Of a stretch of DNA of 64,000 nucleotides, positions 9,732 to 20,532 are shown one piece after another. Position 1 is the first letter of the stretch. The number at the start of each line of letters is the position of its first letter. The translations under genes and the position numbers were made by a program. The notes below the pieces were generated by a model, which made no database searches, was not told where the DNA came from, and worked only from the letters and a program-made list of their open reading frames with translations. The DNA is from a virus (lineage: Duplodnaviria; Caudoviricetes), in IMG/VR virus record IMGVR_UViG_3300018430_000021, positions 160,001 to 224,000 of that record; one strand, 5' to 3'.

Positions 9732-11309
9732 ATGAGTGCAATCGATGTTACACGTGCAAATAGAAACGCTACCCAGATTAACGATATAGCTAAAGCTGCC
9801 AATACCCAGCTTGGTAGTTATACTGCTATAACTAATGCTCTTAAAGAATTTAATAAGCAGGCAAAAGAGAATTCAAAGAATTCTACAGGCCAATCGAAGG
9901 CTATATCTTCGATGCAGACTGCATTGACTACACAGACCGGAATTCTTCAAGAGATTCTTAAAGTTTTGAAATCTGGTGTTGCGACTACTGGTACAGGTAC
10001 GAAGGCATTATCTGTAAACGGTCAACAAAAAGAAATGGCCGAAGCCGTTAAGAAGAGTAATCAGGTAAAAGGAAAAGTCGGAGGAGAATTAAAAATAGCT
10101 CCGTCTTCTATTCAACAGATTGCAACATTGACTTCTAGGGCTAATACGAAAGCAATGGAAGCTTCTACTAAAAAGCAAGCACAAGCTATTAGAACACAGA
10201 AGATTGCACAGTCGTTTGTAACGCCGAAAGCAAAGGAAAAAGTACAAACTGTATCGAAATCCAGCGGTAATCTTTTTGGAAGTTTAAGTAAATTGCTACC
10301 TAGATTATTGGTAGGTCTTAAAAAAATCTTATTTGCTGTATTTTCACCGGCAGCATTAATCGGTATGATTGTATCTCGATTCTTGCCGTATATTATTCTC
10401 GGTATCGCGTTCTTGTATGGATTATGGCAAGGTATAAAGGACCATCTTACTCAAATCTGGGATGACTTGCCGGATATAATTTGGGACGGTTTGAAATTAG
10501 CCGGCAAGATTTTATGGGAAGGAATTCTTTTTGTCGGTGATGTTATTTGGAAAGGTATAGATTTAATTGGTGAAATTCTTGCCAAAATAATGTTTAAGAT
10601 TTATGAAAACTTTGGCGAATGGTGGGCACAATTTAAGGAAGTTGTAAGCTTTGGCTGGAACTGGTTAAAAGAAGCATTTACAAATTGGTTTGATAAGGCT
10701 GTAGCTGTTTTCAAATTCGGTATAGACTGGGTAAAGGGGACATTCTCCGAAATGGCAGTCGACCTCAAGAATTCTGTTTTGGGATTTTTCAAGGGTATTG
10801 GAGATTATATCTCCAACTTTTTCGGCGGTATAAAAGACAAGATCGGTAATACTTGGCTTGGTAAGAAACTTGGTTTTGGTTCGTCACCGGAAACCGTAAA
10901 TACCACTACGAATGTAACCAATACAACGAATAATAAAACCGATTCTAATGCTGATGCGTTTAAGATGATGACTAAGGAGATTACCGCTCCGATGAATCAA
11001 ATGACTCGTCTTATAGAAAATCAGGATAAGTTGTTAAGAGAGATGAACATGACACCGGTTGTTCAGAATGCTAGTTTCAATACTAATATGACACCGGTTA
11101 ATGGAACAAATATCACTATTACACCGAATGACAATATTGCATCTACACTTGTAAGACAGACAACAAATATCACGAATATGCAGACTACAAATAACAAGGA
11201 ACTTGCTAACGCATTCTCTGCAGGTGTAGATAGATTGGTTACTACATTGAATGATAACTATCAGGCAAGCTTGATGGAAAAGAATCCACCAGTTACAACA
11301 GCGGGGTAA
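9732..11309 (+). CDS. Tape-measure/baseplate hub (gp29-like) protein
   Basis: Helical Ala/Gln/Lys-rich sequence with a hydrophobic segment and W/F-spaced 11-residue repeats. Late promoter at 9717-9724. Confidence 0.6.
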   Translation: MSAIDVTRANRNATQINDIAKAANTQLGSYTAITNALKEFNKQAKENSKNSTGQSKAISSMQTALTTQTGILQEILKVLKSGVATTGTGTKALSVNGQQKEMAEAVKKSNQVKGKVGGELKIAPSSIQQIATLTSRANTKAMEASTKKQAQAIRTQKIAQSFVTPKAKEKVQTVSKSSGNLFGSLSKLLPRLLVGLKKILFAVFSPAALIGMIVSRFLPYIILGIAFLYGLWQGIKDHLTQIWDDLPDIIWDGLKLAGKILWEGILFVGDVIWKGIDLIGEILAKIMFKIYENFGEWWAQFKEVVSFGWNWLKEAFTNWFDKAVAVFKFGIDWVKGTFSEMAVDLKNSVLGFFKGIGDYISNFFGGIKDKIGNTWLGKKLGFGSSPETVNTTTNVTNTTNNKTDSNADAFKMMTKEITAPMNQMTRLIENQDKLLREMNMTPVVQNASFNTNMTPVNGTNITITPNDNIASTLVRQTTNITNMQTTNNKELANAFSAGVDRLVTTLNDNYQASLMEKNPPVTTAG

Positions 11310-11312
11310 TGA

Positions 11313-12365
11313 ATGCCGTTTAGCGTATATAATTCTACAGGCTTGACAACTAATCAGCTTGGGTCGGAATCTCCGGCCTTTGCTTCTAGGTTTTTCTCTT
11401 TACAAGAACGTACCGGTACTCAGGATTTAATTGATAAAAAGACATCGATTTCTACAAAATATAATATTACCGGTATAGCAATGGAAACGCCACAAATTAG
11501 TTATTCTACTACTTTGGGCATTGCTCCGCATGTTTCTTTGGCTAACAAGGTTAATGACTTATTTAAGAACGACTTATTTAAGTTGATGGCATCTTCTAAC
11601 CGCGAATATAAGCCGCTGTTGCTTACAGACGGTTGGTCACAACAATATCCTAAAGAAGGTGCGAAGGTTTCTGTCAATTTGCATTTTCGTGCTTATCCCA
11701 CAGAGATGTATAATACTACCGATTATTTTACAATTTTTAAAATGCTCTTCTATTGTTCTGCTCCTAAGAAATATGGTTTTGGAAATAATGTTACAATTCT
11801 TGACCAGGCCATAACTACAGCTGCAGAAAAGGGACTTTTGGCAGGTGACATTATCGGAAATATGCTTATTGATTTTAACGAGTTACGTAAGCGTACTAAC
11901 GGTTTTTCACAAGCAGATAAAGACGCATTTGCTGATGCATTAAACCAATTTGACAACGAACTGGATGCACAAAAAGAAATTAGCGATAAGCTAAACTATG
12001 TTAACAATTATCGCCTTAAAGCAACGGATCCTAAACAACGACTTATTGAATCCGCTGCATATCTTGTAGCTGCTGTAGAAACATTTGCGGGAAATACTGA
12101 AACCGCATGTCCTCGTTTTACGATGAGTTACGGTAATTTGTTCCAGGCAGGTACGTACAATTATTGGATAATTGATAATTGGTCTTGTAAACCGAGCGTA
12201 AATACAACAATATTATCGGACGGTAGGATTTGCCCGATATATGTTGATTTTACTATAAACATAAGAACTGCTGGTAAGGTCGGTACAACAGATTTGGCTA
12301 GTATGCTTATGGGAACTTCTAATAATATTGCAAAGACTGAAATTAAAACCCAATTAAATTCTTAA
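11313..12365 (+). CDS. Baseplate/tube-initiator-like protein (paralog A)
   Basis: Follows the tape-measure gene. Shares motifs with 12354-13658 (PQISYS/PEISFS, NDLF/NDIF, WSCKPS/WTVKPS, PIYVDF/PVYYQF). Confidence 0.5.
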   Translation: MPFSVYNSTGLTTNQLGSESPAFASRFFSLQERTGTQDLIDKKTSISTKYNITGIAMETPQISYSTTLGIAPHVSLANKVNDLFKNDLFKLMASSNREYKPLLLTDGWSQQYPKEGAKVSVNLHFRAYPTEMYNTTDYFTIFKMLFYCSAPKKYGFGNNVTILDQAITTAAEKGLLAGDIIGNMLIDFNELRKRTNGFSQADKDAFADALNQFDNELDAQKEISDKLNYVNNYRLKATDPKQRLIESAAYLVAAVETFAGNTETACPRFTMSYGNLFQAGTYNYWIIDNWSCKPSVNTTILSDGRICPIYVDFTINIRTAGKVGTTDLASMLMGTSNNIAKTEIKTQLNS

Positions 12366-13658
12366 TTCAGTTCTTAATACTTCATTCCATTGGTCAATCG
12401 AATATGTCTGGTCGAGAGAACAGGTTAATTCGAATTGGTAATAAACGGGTCTCTGAATAAAATTAACTTCAGAACCGTTTACTACTTTTATGGTATTAAT
12501 TTCTTGCGAAGGCTTGACGGTCCAGTCTTTGACAAAAACAGTCAACGGACGTTTGAAAAGGAAATTATCATACAAGTATAATGCCCATAATTTTTCGCCT
12601 AGCGCATTTACACGATTGAATTCACCGAATACGCGAGTAGAACTGAAACGCAAAGACATAATATCAGATATATTAGAAGCAATATCTCCTATTTTACCGG
12701 TAAGCTCATGGAAAGATTGCATTGACTTTTTCAAGGCTTCTTGTTTTTGTCTTAACGGTGTTTGTGTTTCTGCCGCTGTTGTTGCTTTTTTATCTTTTTC
12801 CTTTTTAGCAGCTTCGGTATTCTTTTTGGTTTTATTAGTCATGTCAATACTTTCATAGGCTGAGAATAATGCTTGACCAACGCCCATGGTATTTACGACA
12901 CCAGAAACAATATTTTGAACTTGGTTTCTGATACTTGACTGGTTTCCGGTATATGGTGAAGCATACATGGACAACGCTTTTATCCAAACATCCGGATCTG
13001 TTTGACCGAGAGTATCTGCTGTATAAATTTTGAATTTGAGTTTTATCTCGCTGGCCTTTACACCGCTCCAAAGGTCATTAGTCAATGTACCTGTTTTTAA
13101 GATATTCTTGAAGGAACTATCTGCCGTACCCAATGCCGCACAAGCATTGAATATGTCATTACTTATAAAATTGGAAATTGTATCTTGTGCAGTCTCGCCC
13201 GGACCTTCTGTAAACTCATAAGAAAAAGAAATCTCTGGAAGTTCTTCGAGCAACGCCGATAACATTACATAATAAGTATCGTGTTTGTCAACTACTGATT
13301 CTTTAACCAATCCTACAAAGTCAGAGAATTTTACTGCTGTAGATTCTTTCTTTTGTTCATCTGAAAGCTTATATTCTTTTACGTTATAAAGCTGATTGAT
13401 AAAGTCCGTAGCGTCAAAAGTTACAAGGTGAATGCAAGAATTACCGATACCGGCATTTGAAGTTTCATGACTGAAGTTCTGACCAAATCCATAGTTTTGG
13501 TTTGTTGTATATCCGAAAACTTCGTTAAACGACTGTACTTCTGCATTGTTTTTTGCACTGTTTTTTGCATTTTGTGAAGAATTATATGCAGCAGTACCAC
13601 CGGTATTAGAACCGTTGGTACCTACATTGCCTTGTAACATTGCCGGTTGTTGTGACAT
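12354..13658 (-). CDS. Baseplate/tube-initiator-like protein (paralog B)
   Basis: Shared motifs with 11313-12365. Co-transcribed with 13672-17331. Confidence 0.5.
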   Translation of the reverse strand: MSQQPAMLQGNVGTNGSNTGGTAAYNSSQNAKNSAKNNAEVQSFNEVFGYTTNQNYGFGQNFSHETSNAGIGNSCIHLVTFDATDFINQLYNVKEYKLSDEQKKESTAVKFSDFVGLVKESVVDKHDTYYVMLSALLEELPEISFSYEFTEGPGETAQDTISNFISNDIFNACAALGTADSSFKNILKTGTLTNDLWSGVKASEIKLKFKIYTADTLGQTDPDVWIKALSMYASPYTGNQSSIRNQVQNIVSGVVNTMGVGQALFSAYESIDMTNKTKKNTEAAKKEKDKKATTAAETQTPLRQKQEALKKSMQSFHELTGKIGDIASNISDIMSLRFSSTRVFGEFNRVNALGEKLWALYLYDNFLFKRPLTVFVKDWTVKPSQEINTIKVVNGSEVNFIQRPVYYQFELTCSLDQTYSIDQWNEVLRTELRI

Positions 13659-13671
13659 ATTTTAATTATTC

Positions 13672-16600
13672 CTAGTGTTCAACCAAATCATCAACAGAAA
13701 CTTGGTCATCAACTTCAAAACTGATATTATTTGTATTTATATATTCTGAAGAAGAATATGAATATACAGCTTTTTCAAAATATAATGTTTCTGGTTGGAG
13801 ATTGTCTGGGTAATCACCACTACCGCCACAAAGAGGACATGGTTTGGTTTCATCTTCTGGGTCAATACCAGTACCATTACAAGTAGTACATCTGGTATCA
13901 ACTAATTGGCCATTTTCTTCATTGTGAATATGCGCATAAGACGGTAATTTTTCACAGTTTATATCTATTCTTTCGAGGTCCTGATGTTTGCCTACGACAT
14001 TATGTTTATTTTCTATAAATGTATTAAATTTATTAAATGTCATGTCATTTAACAAATTTGAGTATACCCAGGATTTATCGAAATAAATTCTTTGAACACG
14101 TGCATTTGCAAAATTTGTATCTTCAGTTTTAACGTCAGTTTCAGTAATCACGTAAAAGCCTATCATATTGTCAACATCTGTAGGATCTGAAATTACTCGA
14201 TATAATACAGTATTGTCAGTAAAAGTACCTTTATCTCTATCCCATGTTTTTCTATCAACGGTTTTTGTAGAGTAGATATAGTTATAACCGTAATCTACTT
14301 TGATATGGTCGTTTCCAGCATAATAGTAATATGATGTGAAATTACCGTTAAGGATATAGAAGACGGTATTGTTGATAGCCATATTGTAATATTCGTAATA
14401 CTTGTCGAAATCCAATTCAGTTCCTTGAACAGGAACATTATAATACTTACGAATTAAATAGTTGAGATATGGTTCTTCAAGTGTAGAACCTTTTTCTTTG
14501 ACCTTGTTTGTCAATATTCGGTTTTTAATATTAAGTGTGTCAAGCTTAGAAAGACTTTCAATATCAACCGGGTTTTTACCATTGTATTCCGTTAAGTTCT
14601 TAAACTCTAGAGCGTTATAGTAATAATAACGAACCATAGATTTTGTACCGGCACAGATACGGCAACGGTTTGCACAGCTAATACCTTGTTCATGGTCAAT
14701 ATTGTTAATATCCGGACAGGTATAACGTACTAAGATTTCTGGACCTTTGGAAGCATCATTAGGATTATAATTTGGATTCTTATTATAATCGTACATGCTA
14801 AGCTTACGTTTACCATTACAGAAATCACATTTTATGTTAGTATCGCCCTGACATATTGGACAAGTGAAGTAATCATCACGGGAATCCTGTTTTGTATAGA
14901 TAGAGCGGAGTTTTCTTTGATACATTAGATTCAGGAATCCTTTATATTTTTTCTGAGATTCTATTGTATCTGGAATAAGAGTAAGACCATTATCAGTAGG
15001 TTCGCGATCCATTAATTCATTATGGTACTTATAGAAAATATAGTTTTCTATAGAGGTATCAAACTTATTCTGATAATAGTTAAATATTCCTTCAGGATAA
15101 TTATTATAGTTATATTCAATTTTAGGCAACAAGTTTATGTTTGTATTGACTAAGCTATCAGTTTTAAAAGAAACTTGTTGTATGTTGGATAATACAGTTA
15201 CTTCAACAGTAATATCCATAGCAGAGACATCATATGGATTTATCTCAGGATTTTCTGAGTCACTAATTGAAAAATAGATACGCTTATTTTTAAACGGTAT
15301 ATCAATTTCGTCGATTGTTACTACACCACGGTCAATAAGCTCATAATCAGTTATATTAATTGATGTTGGCCAGACATAGCTTATATTACCATCATCGTCA
15401 ATATATATGGATTTAAATACGTCCCTTGCATCCATCTGGATTGGTCTACTAAGAAGTCGATGTTCTGTAGTAAACGTATTTCCATCGTCATCAATATCAC
15501 CATAAGTGATGTTTAAAGTAAAAACTGTAAGATATGCATCATATGGAGAAGCGTGTTTGTTTATTTTGTCTTCAGGTATGGTGATATGGAAATTAAAACA
15601 AAGATTTAAAATTTTTGTATAATTGTTAATAATTAATCCAGGGGTAGAATTAAAGTCACCAGCACGTTGTACATTGTCGCCATAACCGTTTCTAAACTCA
15701 TACGTACTATTATTTGATGCATTTGAAAGTTGTAAATGTTTCGACATTTCCAAGTTCGTTATACGATCTATACCATAAAAATAATCTATTGGATATACCG
15801 GAATTTTGTTTTCATTACCGGTAGGTTCAACCTCTGGAACAGGATCTTCTGGTTTAATTACAGCAGCATCTAATGGACTGTGGTTGGACGCAGTTTTTTG
15901 AGCTAAAATATTTTTGAAGGTAAGATTGTTGTTTTTATATAAATCTACTTCAAATGGTTTACTTGTTTCAGAAATATACAATGTATTATTGTCAAACGGG
16001 AATATCGGTAGATTTTTGTCTTTACGACAAATAAAATTCCAAATTTTATCCGTGTTTGAAATATCGGTATATGTTTCAACTAACGGCGTATGAATTGTCG
16101 CCGCATTTGTTTCAACTTCACCACAATGCTTTAAAAAGTTTTTAATACCGCCAAGTTGATACATTAAACCAGAATCATAATATTCTGGCTCTACTTGAAT
16201 TTGCATTGAACCGGATTCATGATGCGATGATAACTGATAATCACTTACGCCAAGACGATTGTAATCGTCTGGGATATTTTTTTGTGGTGCCTCGTATGGA
16301 ATCCAAAATGCATATGCTTTTAATGGTATGAGTTTTCCATCCTTATCAACATAGTTAGTTTGATAAAAACGAAAACCACTAATTATCCATTTGGTAGTTG
16401 GTTTATCGGTATCATAATCCTTTTCAACATTCTTAGTAAATATAGGAATTGCGAATATACGGTTACTTAAATCCGTTTGTTCATTAATGGGTTTACCTTC
16501 ATTTTCAGCTTTGGTTTTTTCAATAAGTTCATAAACCGCTTCAAGTGAATTTAATGGTCTATAGGTTTTAGGATCTCTATATAATTCTATATTAAAATCG

Positions 16601-17331
16601 GTAACTTTTTGTGGTTCTTTGTAGTAACCATTATCAACATTTATATAGAATTCATAAAGCATCAACCAACCGCCCTTAACAAGTTCAGTTACGGTATTTA
16701 ATTTTCCAGAACCATTACATTTTGGACATACGGTTTTAACTTCTATGTTCGGCGCAGGAATATAGGTATTGTCATTTCCTTTCGGGATTGCGACTGTTGT
16801 AGTAATGGTACCATTCTTACAAGGATTACCAGCATTATCAACATAATCACACGGTTCAGTTCCGGTAACAGTATATTCTGGTGCATAAAATTCAAGAGCA
16901 TTACCGTTATAGGATTTTGCTTTAAAATAAACAGTTCTATCGCTATCGTCAGATGACATATCATCATAATATTTGAGAGTTAACCATGGCAATATGCTCT
17001 GAAGATTTGTATCGCCAATATCGTCAGTATAGTTATAGACTGTAATAAATCTGTCGTAAGTACAGGTCTTGCATTCTACAAGGTGACAACAGAAATAGAC
17101 GAGAACTTGTTTTCTGTCTTTGAAAAGAATCTTAATCCATGCAGTACCAGTACCGACCGTATCTGGATCCGGCTTCGGGTATTGGTTTCCATATTCATCT
17201 CTGGCAGTCGGGTCCCATTTTGGAACAATATGGTTTTCAGTTTCATAATTGGCACCGACACTATCTAGGCGCCAGAGGATATTGTAGTATGCGTCTTCTA
17301 AACTTGTATTTATCTTATGCTTTATGACCAT
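13672..17331 (-). CDS. Large late protein with multiple DnaJ-type CxxCxGxG zinc-binding motifs
   Basis: Motifs CPKCNGSG, CPICQG, CDFCNGK, CRICAG, CTTCNGTG, CPLCGGSG. Late promoter at 17336-17343. Confidence 0.75.
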   Translation of the reverse strand: MVIKHKINTSLEDAYYNILWRLDSVGANYETENHIVPKWDPTARDEYGNQYPKPDPDTVGTGTAWIKILFKDRKQVLVYFCCHLVECKTCTYDRFITVYNYTDDIGDTNLQSILPWLTLKYYDDMSSDDSDRTVYFKAKSYNGNALEFYAPEYTVTGTEPCDYVDNAGNPCKNGTITTTVAIPKGNDNTYIPAPNIEVKTVCPKCNGSGKLNTVTELVKGGWLMLYEFYINVDNGYYKEPQKVTDFNIELYRDPKTYRPLNSLEAVYELIEKTKAENEGKPINEQTDLSNRIFAIPIFTKNVEKDYDTDKPTTKWIISGFRFYQTNYVDKDGKLIPLKAYAFWIPYEAPQKNIPDDYNRLGVSDYQLSSHHESGSMQIQVEPEYYDSGLMYQLGGIKNFLKHCGEVETNAATIHTPLVETYTDISNTDKIWNFICRKDKNLPIFPFDNNTLYISETSKPFEVDLYKNNNLTFKNILAQKTASNHSPLDAAVIKPEDPVPEVEPTGNENKIPVYPIDYFYGIDRITNLEMSKHLQLSNASNNSTYEFRNGYGDNVQRAGDFNSTPGLIINNYTKILNLCFNFHITIPEDKINKHASPYDAYLTVFTLNITYGDIDDDGNTFTTEHRLLSRPIQMDARDVFKSIYIDDDGNISYVWPTSINITDYELIDRGVVTIDEIDIPFKNKRIYFSISDSENPEINPYDVSAMDITVEVTVLSNIQQVSFKTDSLVNTNINLLPKIEYNYNNYPEGIFNYYQNKFDTSIENYIFYKYHNELMDREPTDNGLTLIPDTIESQKKYKGFLNLMYQRKLRSIYTKQDSRDDYFTCPICQGDTNIKCDFCNGKRKLSMYDYNKNPNYNPNDASKGPEILVRYTCPDINNIDHEQGISCANRCRICAGTKSMVRYYYYNALEFKNLTEYNGKNPVDIESLSKLDTLNIKNRILTNKVKEKGSTLEEPYLNYLIRKYYNVPVQGTELDFDKYYEYYNMAINNTVFYILNGNFTSYYYYAGNDHIKVDYGYNYIYSTKTVDRKTWDRDKGTFTDNTVLYRVISDPTDVDNMIGFYVITETDVKTEDTNFANARVQRIYFDKSWVYSNLLNDMTFNKFNTFIENKHNVVGKHQDLERIDINCEKLPSYAHIHNEENGQLVDTRCTTCNGTGIDPEDETKPCPLCGGSGDYPDNLQPETLYFEKAVYSYSSSEYINTNNISFEVDDQVSVDDLVEH

Positions 17332-17335
17332 ACAT

Positions 17336-17347
17336 TATTTATAAATA
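17336..17347. promoter_or_regulatory. Bidirectional late promoter (palindrome TATTTATAAATA)
   Basis: Overlapping TATAAATA on both strands, each 4 nt from a divergent ATG (17331 and 17352). Confidence 0.8.
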
Positions 17348-17351
17348 AGGT

Positions 17352-17756
17352 ATGTTAGCATTAAGCGCAAATTCAGATTATTTATCAAACGATAACTTTT
17401 CGTTGGTTAACGAATATTATGACTGGGACACGCAGTTTCATGACAATGAAATCTGGGGTGCGGACGCTATAAACCAGTCTATCGAGATGGTTTTGACTAC
17501 AGAACCACAAGAACGACTGTTCAATCCGACATTTGGCACGCCGTTGTTTAATCTGTTATTTGAAAATAGCTCAAATATTCAGAATATTATGCCATATGTC
17601 TATGATACAATCGAAACCTGGGTACCTATACAGATAGACCGTAACAATACGAACGTTCAGATAGACCCTAATAAACAGGTTGTATCTTTTCAGATTCCTT
17701 ACACCTCTAATAACGGTGTAATAGCCGGAATTTTCGGCAGACGAATATATAGATAG
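17352..17756 (+). CDS. Baseplate wedge subunit gp25-like
   Basis: DAINQSIEMVLTTEPQERLFNPTFGTPLFNLLFE...IETWVP motif. Confidence 0.9.
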   Translation: MLALSANSDYLSNDNFSLVNEYYDWDTQFHDNEIWGADAINQSIEMVLTTEPQERLFNPTFGTPLFNLLFENSSNIQNIMPYVYDTIETWVPIQIDRNNTNVQIDPNKQVVSFQIPYTSNNGVIAGIFGRRIYR

Positions 17757-17795
17757 CAAATATTTTTTTACTATATTTGTTAGTGAAAGGTTTAT

Positions 17796-19313
17796 ATGTT
17801 TAGTGAAAAATTTGAACAGTTATATAGTAATATTCAGAAGTTAAAGAATATAAAACTGAGGACTTTGAAAGCGCTCAAGTCCGATAAGAATAATATTGGA
17901 TTTATTTCATTAAATACTAATTCATTTGAATTTGGAATTAAGAACCTGTGCTGGGTTATTACAAGCCTTAGCGTTAAATTTGATAGGGTTTATATTTATG
18001 CAGATAGTTCTGTTTTAAAAGAACAGATAGATGATATAGTTATTCAGAATGTCTTGAAGTTATTCAGCGACATTTTTGTTTTCTTAAAGCCGGAAGATGT
18101 TACACCGCAATACGAGCAGTATAATCTTATCAAGGAACATCTGCATAATAACATTTATGTATTGCAGCCTTTTAGTAATTACGCATTATTAAACCCACCT
18201 TACATAAGCGAAGGCGTTGTTTATAGCCTTTCATACAGAAGAAATCTTCAGAGGTATGACTACTATAAGTCTATATTCAGTAATGTTAAATTCGACGGTG
18301 CATTACAGGAAATCCATGAAGAATCGTTAAAAAATCCATTACTTGACGATTTTTATATTCCTGCAAATACGCTTAAAAAGAACTGGCTCGATTTATCGAT
18401 AGACGGTTATAATTCATTATCGAATTATCTTTCTATTGTTTTCATAGTTAACAAGATTAGAAGAAATTATTTCTACGAGAATAATTGTTCTCAGGCTTAT
18501 AACTATACGTCATTCGATAAGGATGTGGTTAAGTATCTGAAAGAACATGATTTTCAGAAAGAAAAATGGCTAGAAGTTTTTGAAGATTATACGGTTACTG
18601 ATTTTAATTTTGACCTTTGTAATGCGAATATGGAAATTGCATTTGTCAATTCGTATGTTCATTATATCACGGTTGAAAATATCAATAACATAACGACATT
18701 AATGCCGAAGCTGTTTTCTAAGATTAGGGTTGTCGATAATGTTGATATGAAATATTCAGAAAAACATATAAGCAAGCTCGGTCATGTCATTCGTAAGTCT
18801 GTACCTTTGGTTATTGACTATAACAATAAGGACCAGCTTTTCAAGAAGAAGAAAAGCTATAATCCTAATCGTTATTACGGTACGGAAAGATTTGACCAGA
18901 CATTGAAATATTTGCTTGAGACTACAACAGCCGATATTCTTTATGTGGTCGGCGATAAGATTATTCTCAAACAGCCTATTGACTATAACCCAGAAAATAT
19001 CTGGGAAGGAACTTTGTTTGACGGAGATAATTCCGGATATATCAATATTTTTAATGTCAAGAAAATGAAGGAATTGGGTATTGTCTTTGAGAATACTCAG
19101 CAGTTCATGGAAGCAATAAAAGGTCAGAAGTATGAAATTATAGACTATACTAAGTTCGGAATATGCTTGCCAAAGGATTTTGATAAGTATAACAGTATTT
19201 TCTTCCGTGCTGCCAATACGTATACTACCTTGCTGTTCAGATACCTTCTTAAAAACTTTAACTTTAAATTCAGTAGCTTTGAATATGATTACAATAGGGA
19301 TAATAAATTATAA
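17796..19313 (+). CDS. Hypothetical protein, possibly glycosyltransferase-related
   Basis: 505-aa ORF with GAAAGG SD, overlapping the next GT gene. Confidence 0.6.
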   Translation: MFSEKFEQLYSNIQKLKNIKLRTLKALKSDKNNIGFISLNTNSFEFGIKNLCWVITSLSVKFDRVYIYADSSVLKEQIDDIVIQNVLKLFSDIFVFLKPEDVTPQYEQYNLIKEHLHNNIYVLQPFSNYALLNPPYISEGVVYSLSYRRNLQRYDYYKSIFSNVKFDGALQEIHEESLKNPLLDDFYIPANTLKKNWLDLSIDGYNSLSNYLSIVFIVNKIRRNYFYENNCSQAYNYTSFDKDVVKYLKEHDFQKEKWLEVFEDYTVTDFNFDLCNANMEIAFVNSYVHYITVENINNITTLMPKLFSKIRVVDNVDMKYSEKHISKLGHVIRKSVPLVIDYNNKDQLFKKKKSYNPNRYYGTERFDQTLKYLLETTTADILYVVGDKIILKQPIDYNPENIWEGTLFDGDNSGYINIFNVKKMKELGIVFENTQQFMEAIKGQKYEIIDYTKFGICLPKDFDKYNSIFFRAANTYTTLLFRYLLKNFNFKFSSFEYDYNRDNKL

Positions 19314-20532
19314 TTTACCTCATTACGTTTATTACTTGATTGAGAGTATCAAGAAACAGTGCAAGTTCGATTATGAACTTGTAGTATTTGAAGCTGGCCA
19401 GGACAGACCGATTGTTAATCATGTAGATGATGTAACTATATTGCGTAATCGTTGCTTCAAGTATTTTGATTCTACAGACATGACAGGTCTTCAGGTTTAC
19501 AATCATTCACTTGAAGAGCTGATGAAGTATTGTAAGACCGATAATTTGATTATTCTCGATAATAAGAGCCTTGTAAAAGGTGACTTATTGGCATTTGTTG
19601 ATACGTCTTATCGTGTAGTTAGTGACCCTAAACGTTCTATTGTTTATCTGAACATGAAGCGTATTCGAAAGGAACGTCTTAATGCTTATGTAAATGATAC
19701 TGACGATATGTATTCAAGTTTAATTGATGATAGCTGTTTTGAAAAATCCAGTTATAATCAGTTGGTAACTGCTGACCATAATCATACTGATGTTTTGTTT
19801 ATCGATTGGATAATGAAATATAAGCATTTATGGGCTAAGGACTATTATGACGTTGTAGTTTCGTTTACAACCTTTAGAGGCCGTATATACGATAGCACAA
19901 CACTTCAGGTTATTTCTGCATTGGTCAAGCAGCAAACAAGGTTTAATTACAAGGTTATCATGGTTCTCAGCAGAGAAGAACTTGGAAGTAACTTTGCGAT
20001 GCCTGAAGGAATACAACATCTTCTTGAATGCTTCCCAAACTTTGAAGTTCTCTGGACTGACAAGGACACGAAGCCATTGAAGAAACTCGACCCGACAATG
20101 GAAAAATATCCGGATATTCCGATTATTACATTGGACGACGACGATTTGTGTGACCCGTTTATCGTGGAACACATGATGACTGAGCATATTTTGGATCCGT
20201 TTTATGCTCTTGGAACTTGGATGGAACCGACTCCCAACATGGTTCGTTGGGTCGCTGGTGTAAGGCTCTGGCCTCCTCACTGTTTATACAAGTTTCCTCT
20301 ACAGGATTATTATACATATTATGACGGAATCTTGGATGATAACTTCAACGCCATGCGTTGTGCATACAAGATGACACCCGTTAAGGAAGTGAGCTTCAAG
20401 CACAATCAAAAGTTGAATCAGACTGATTTGAAATTGGCTCGTGAATACTTGAAGACTCCTTGGGATGAATACTATAAGCGATTCGTATTGGCCCATCTTG
20501 ACGAGGTACCTGAGGAATTATATTATGAGTGA
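19285..20532 (+). CDS. Glycosyltransferase (GT-A fold, two domains)
   Basis: Probable start MITIGIINYN. Second domain VVVSFTTFRGRI...KKLDPTMEKYPDIPIITLDDD contains a DxD motif. Confidence 0.7.
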   Translation: MITIGIINYNLPHYVYYLIESIKKQCKFDYELVVFEAGQDRPIVNHVDDVTILRNRCFKYFDSTDMTGLQVYNHSLEELMKYCKTDNLIILDNKSLVKGDLLAFVDTSYRVVSDPKRSIVYLNMKRIRKERLNAYVNDTDDMYSSLIDDSCFEKSSYNQLVTADHNHTDVLFIDWIMKYKHLWAKDYYDVVVSFTTFRGRIYDSTTLQVISALVKQQTRFNYKVIMVLSREELGSNFAMPEGIQHLLECFPNFEVLWTDKDTKPLKKLDPTMEKYPDIPIITLDDDDLCDPFIVEHMMTEHILDPFYALGTWMEPTPNMVRWVAGVRLWPPHCLYKFPLQDYYTYYDGILDDNFNAMRCAYKMTPVKEVSFKHNQKLNQTDLKLAREYLKTPWDEYYKRFVLAHLDEVPEELYYE

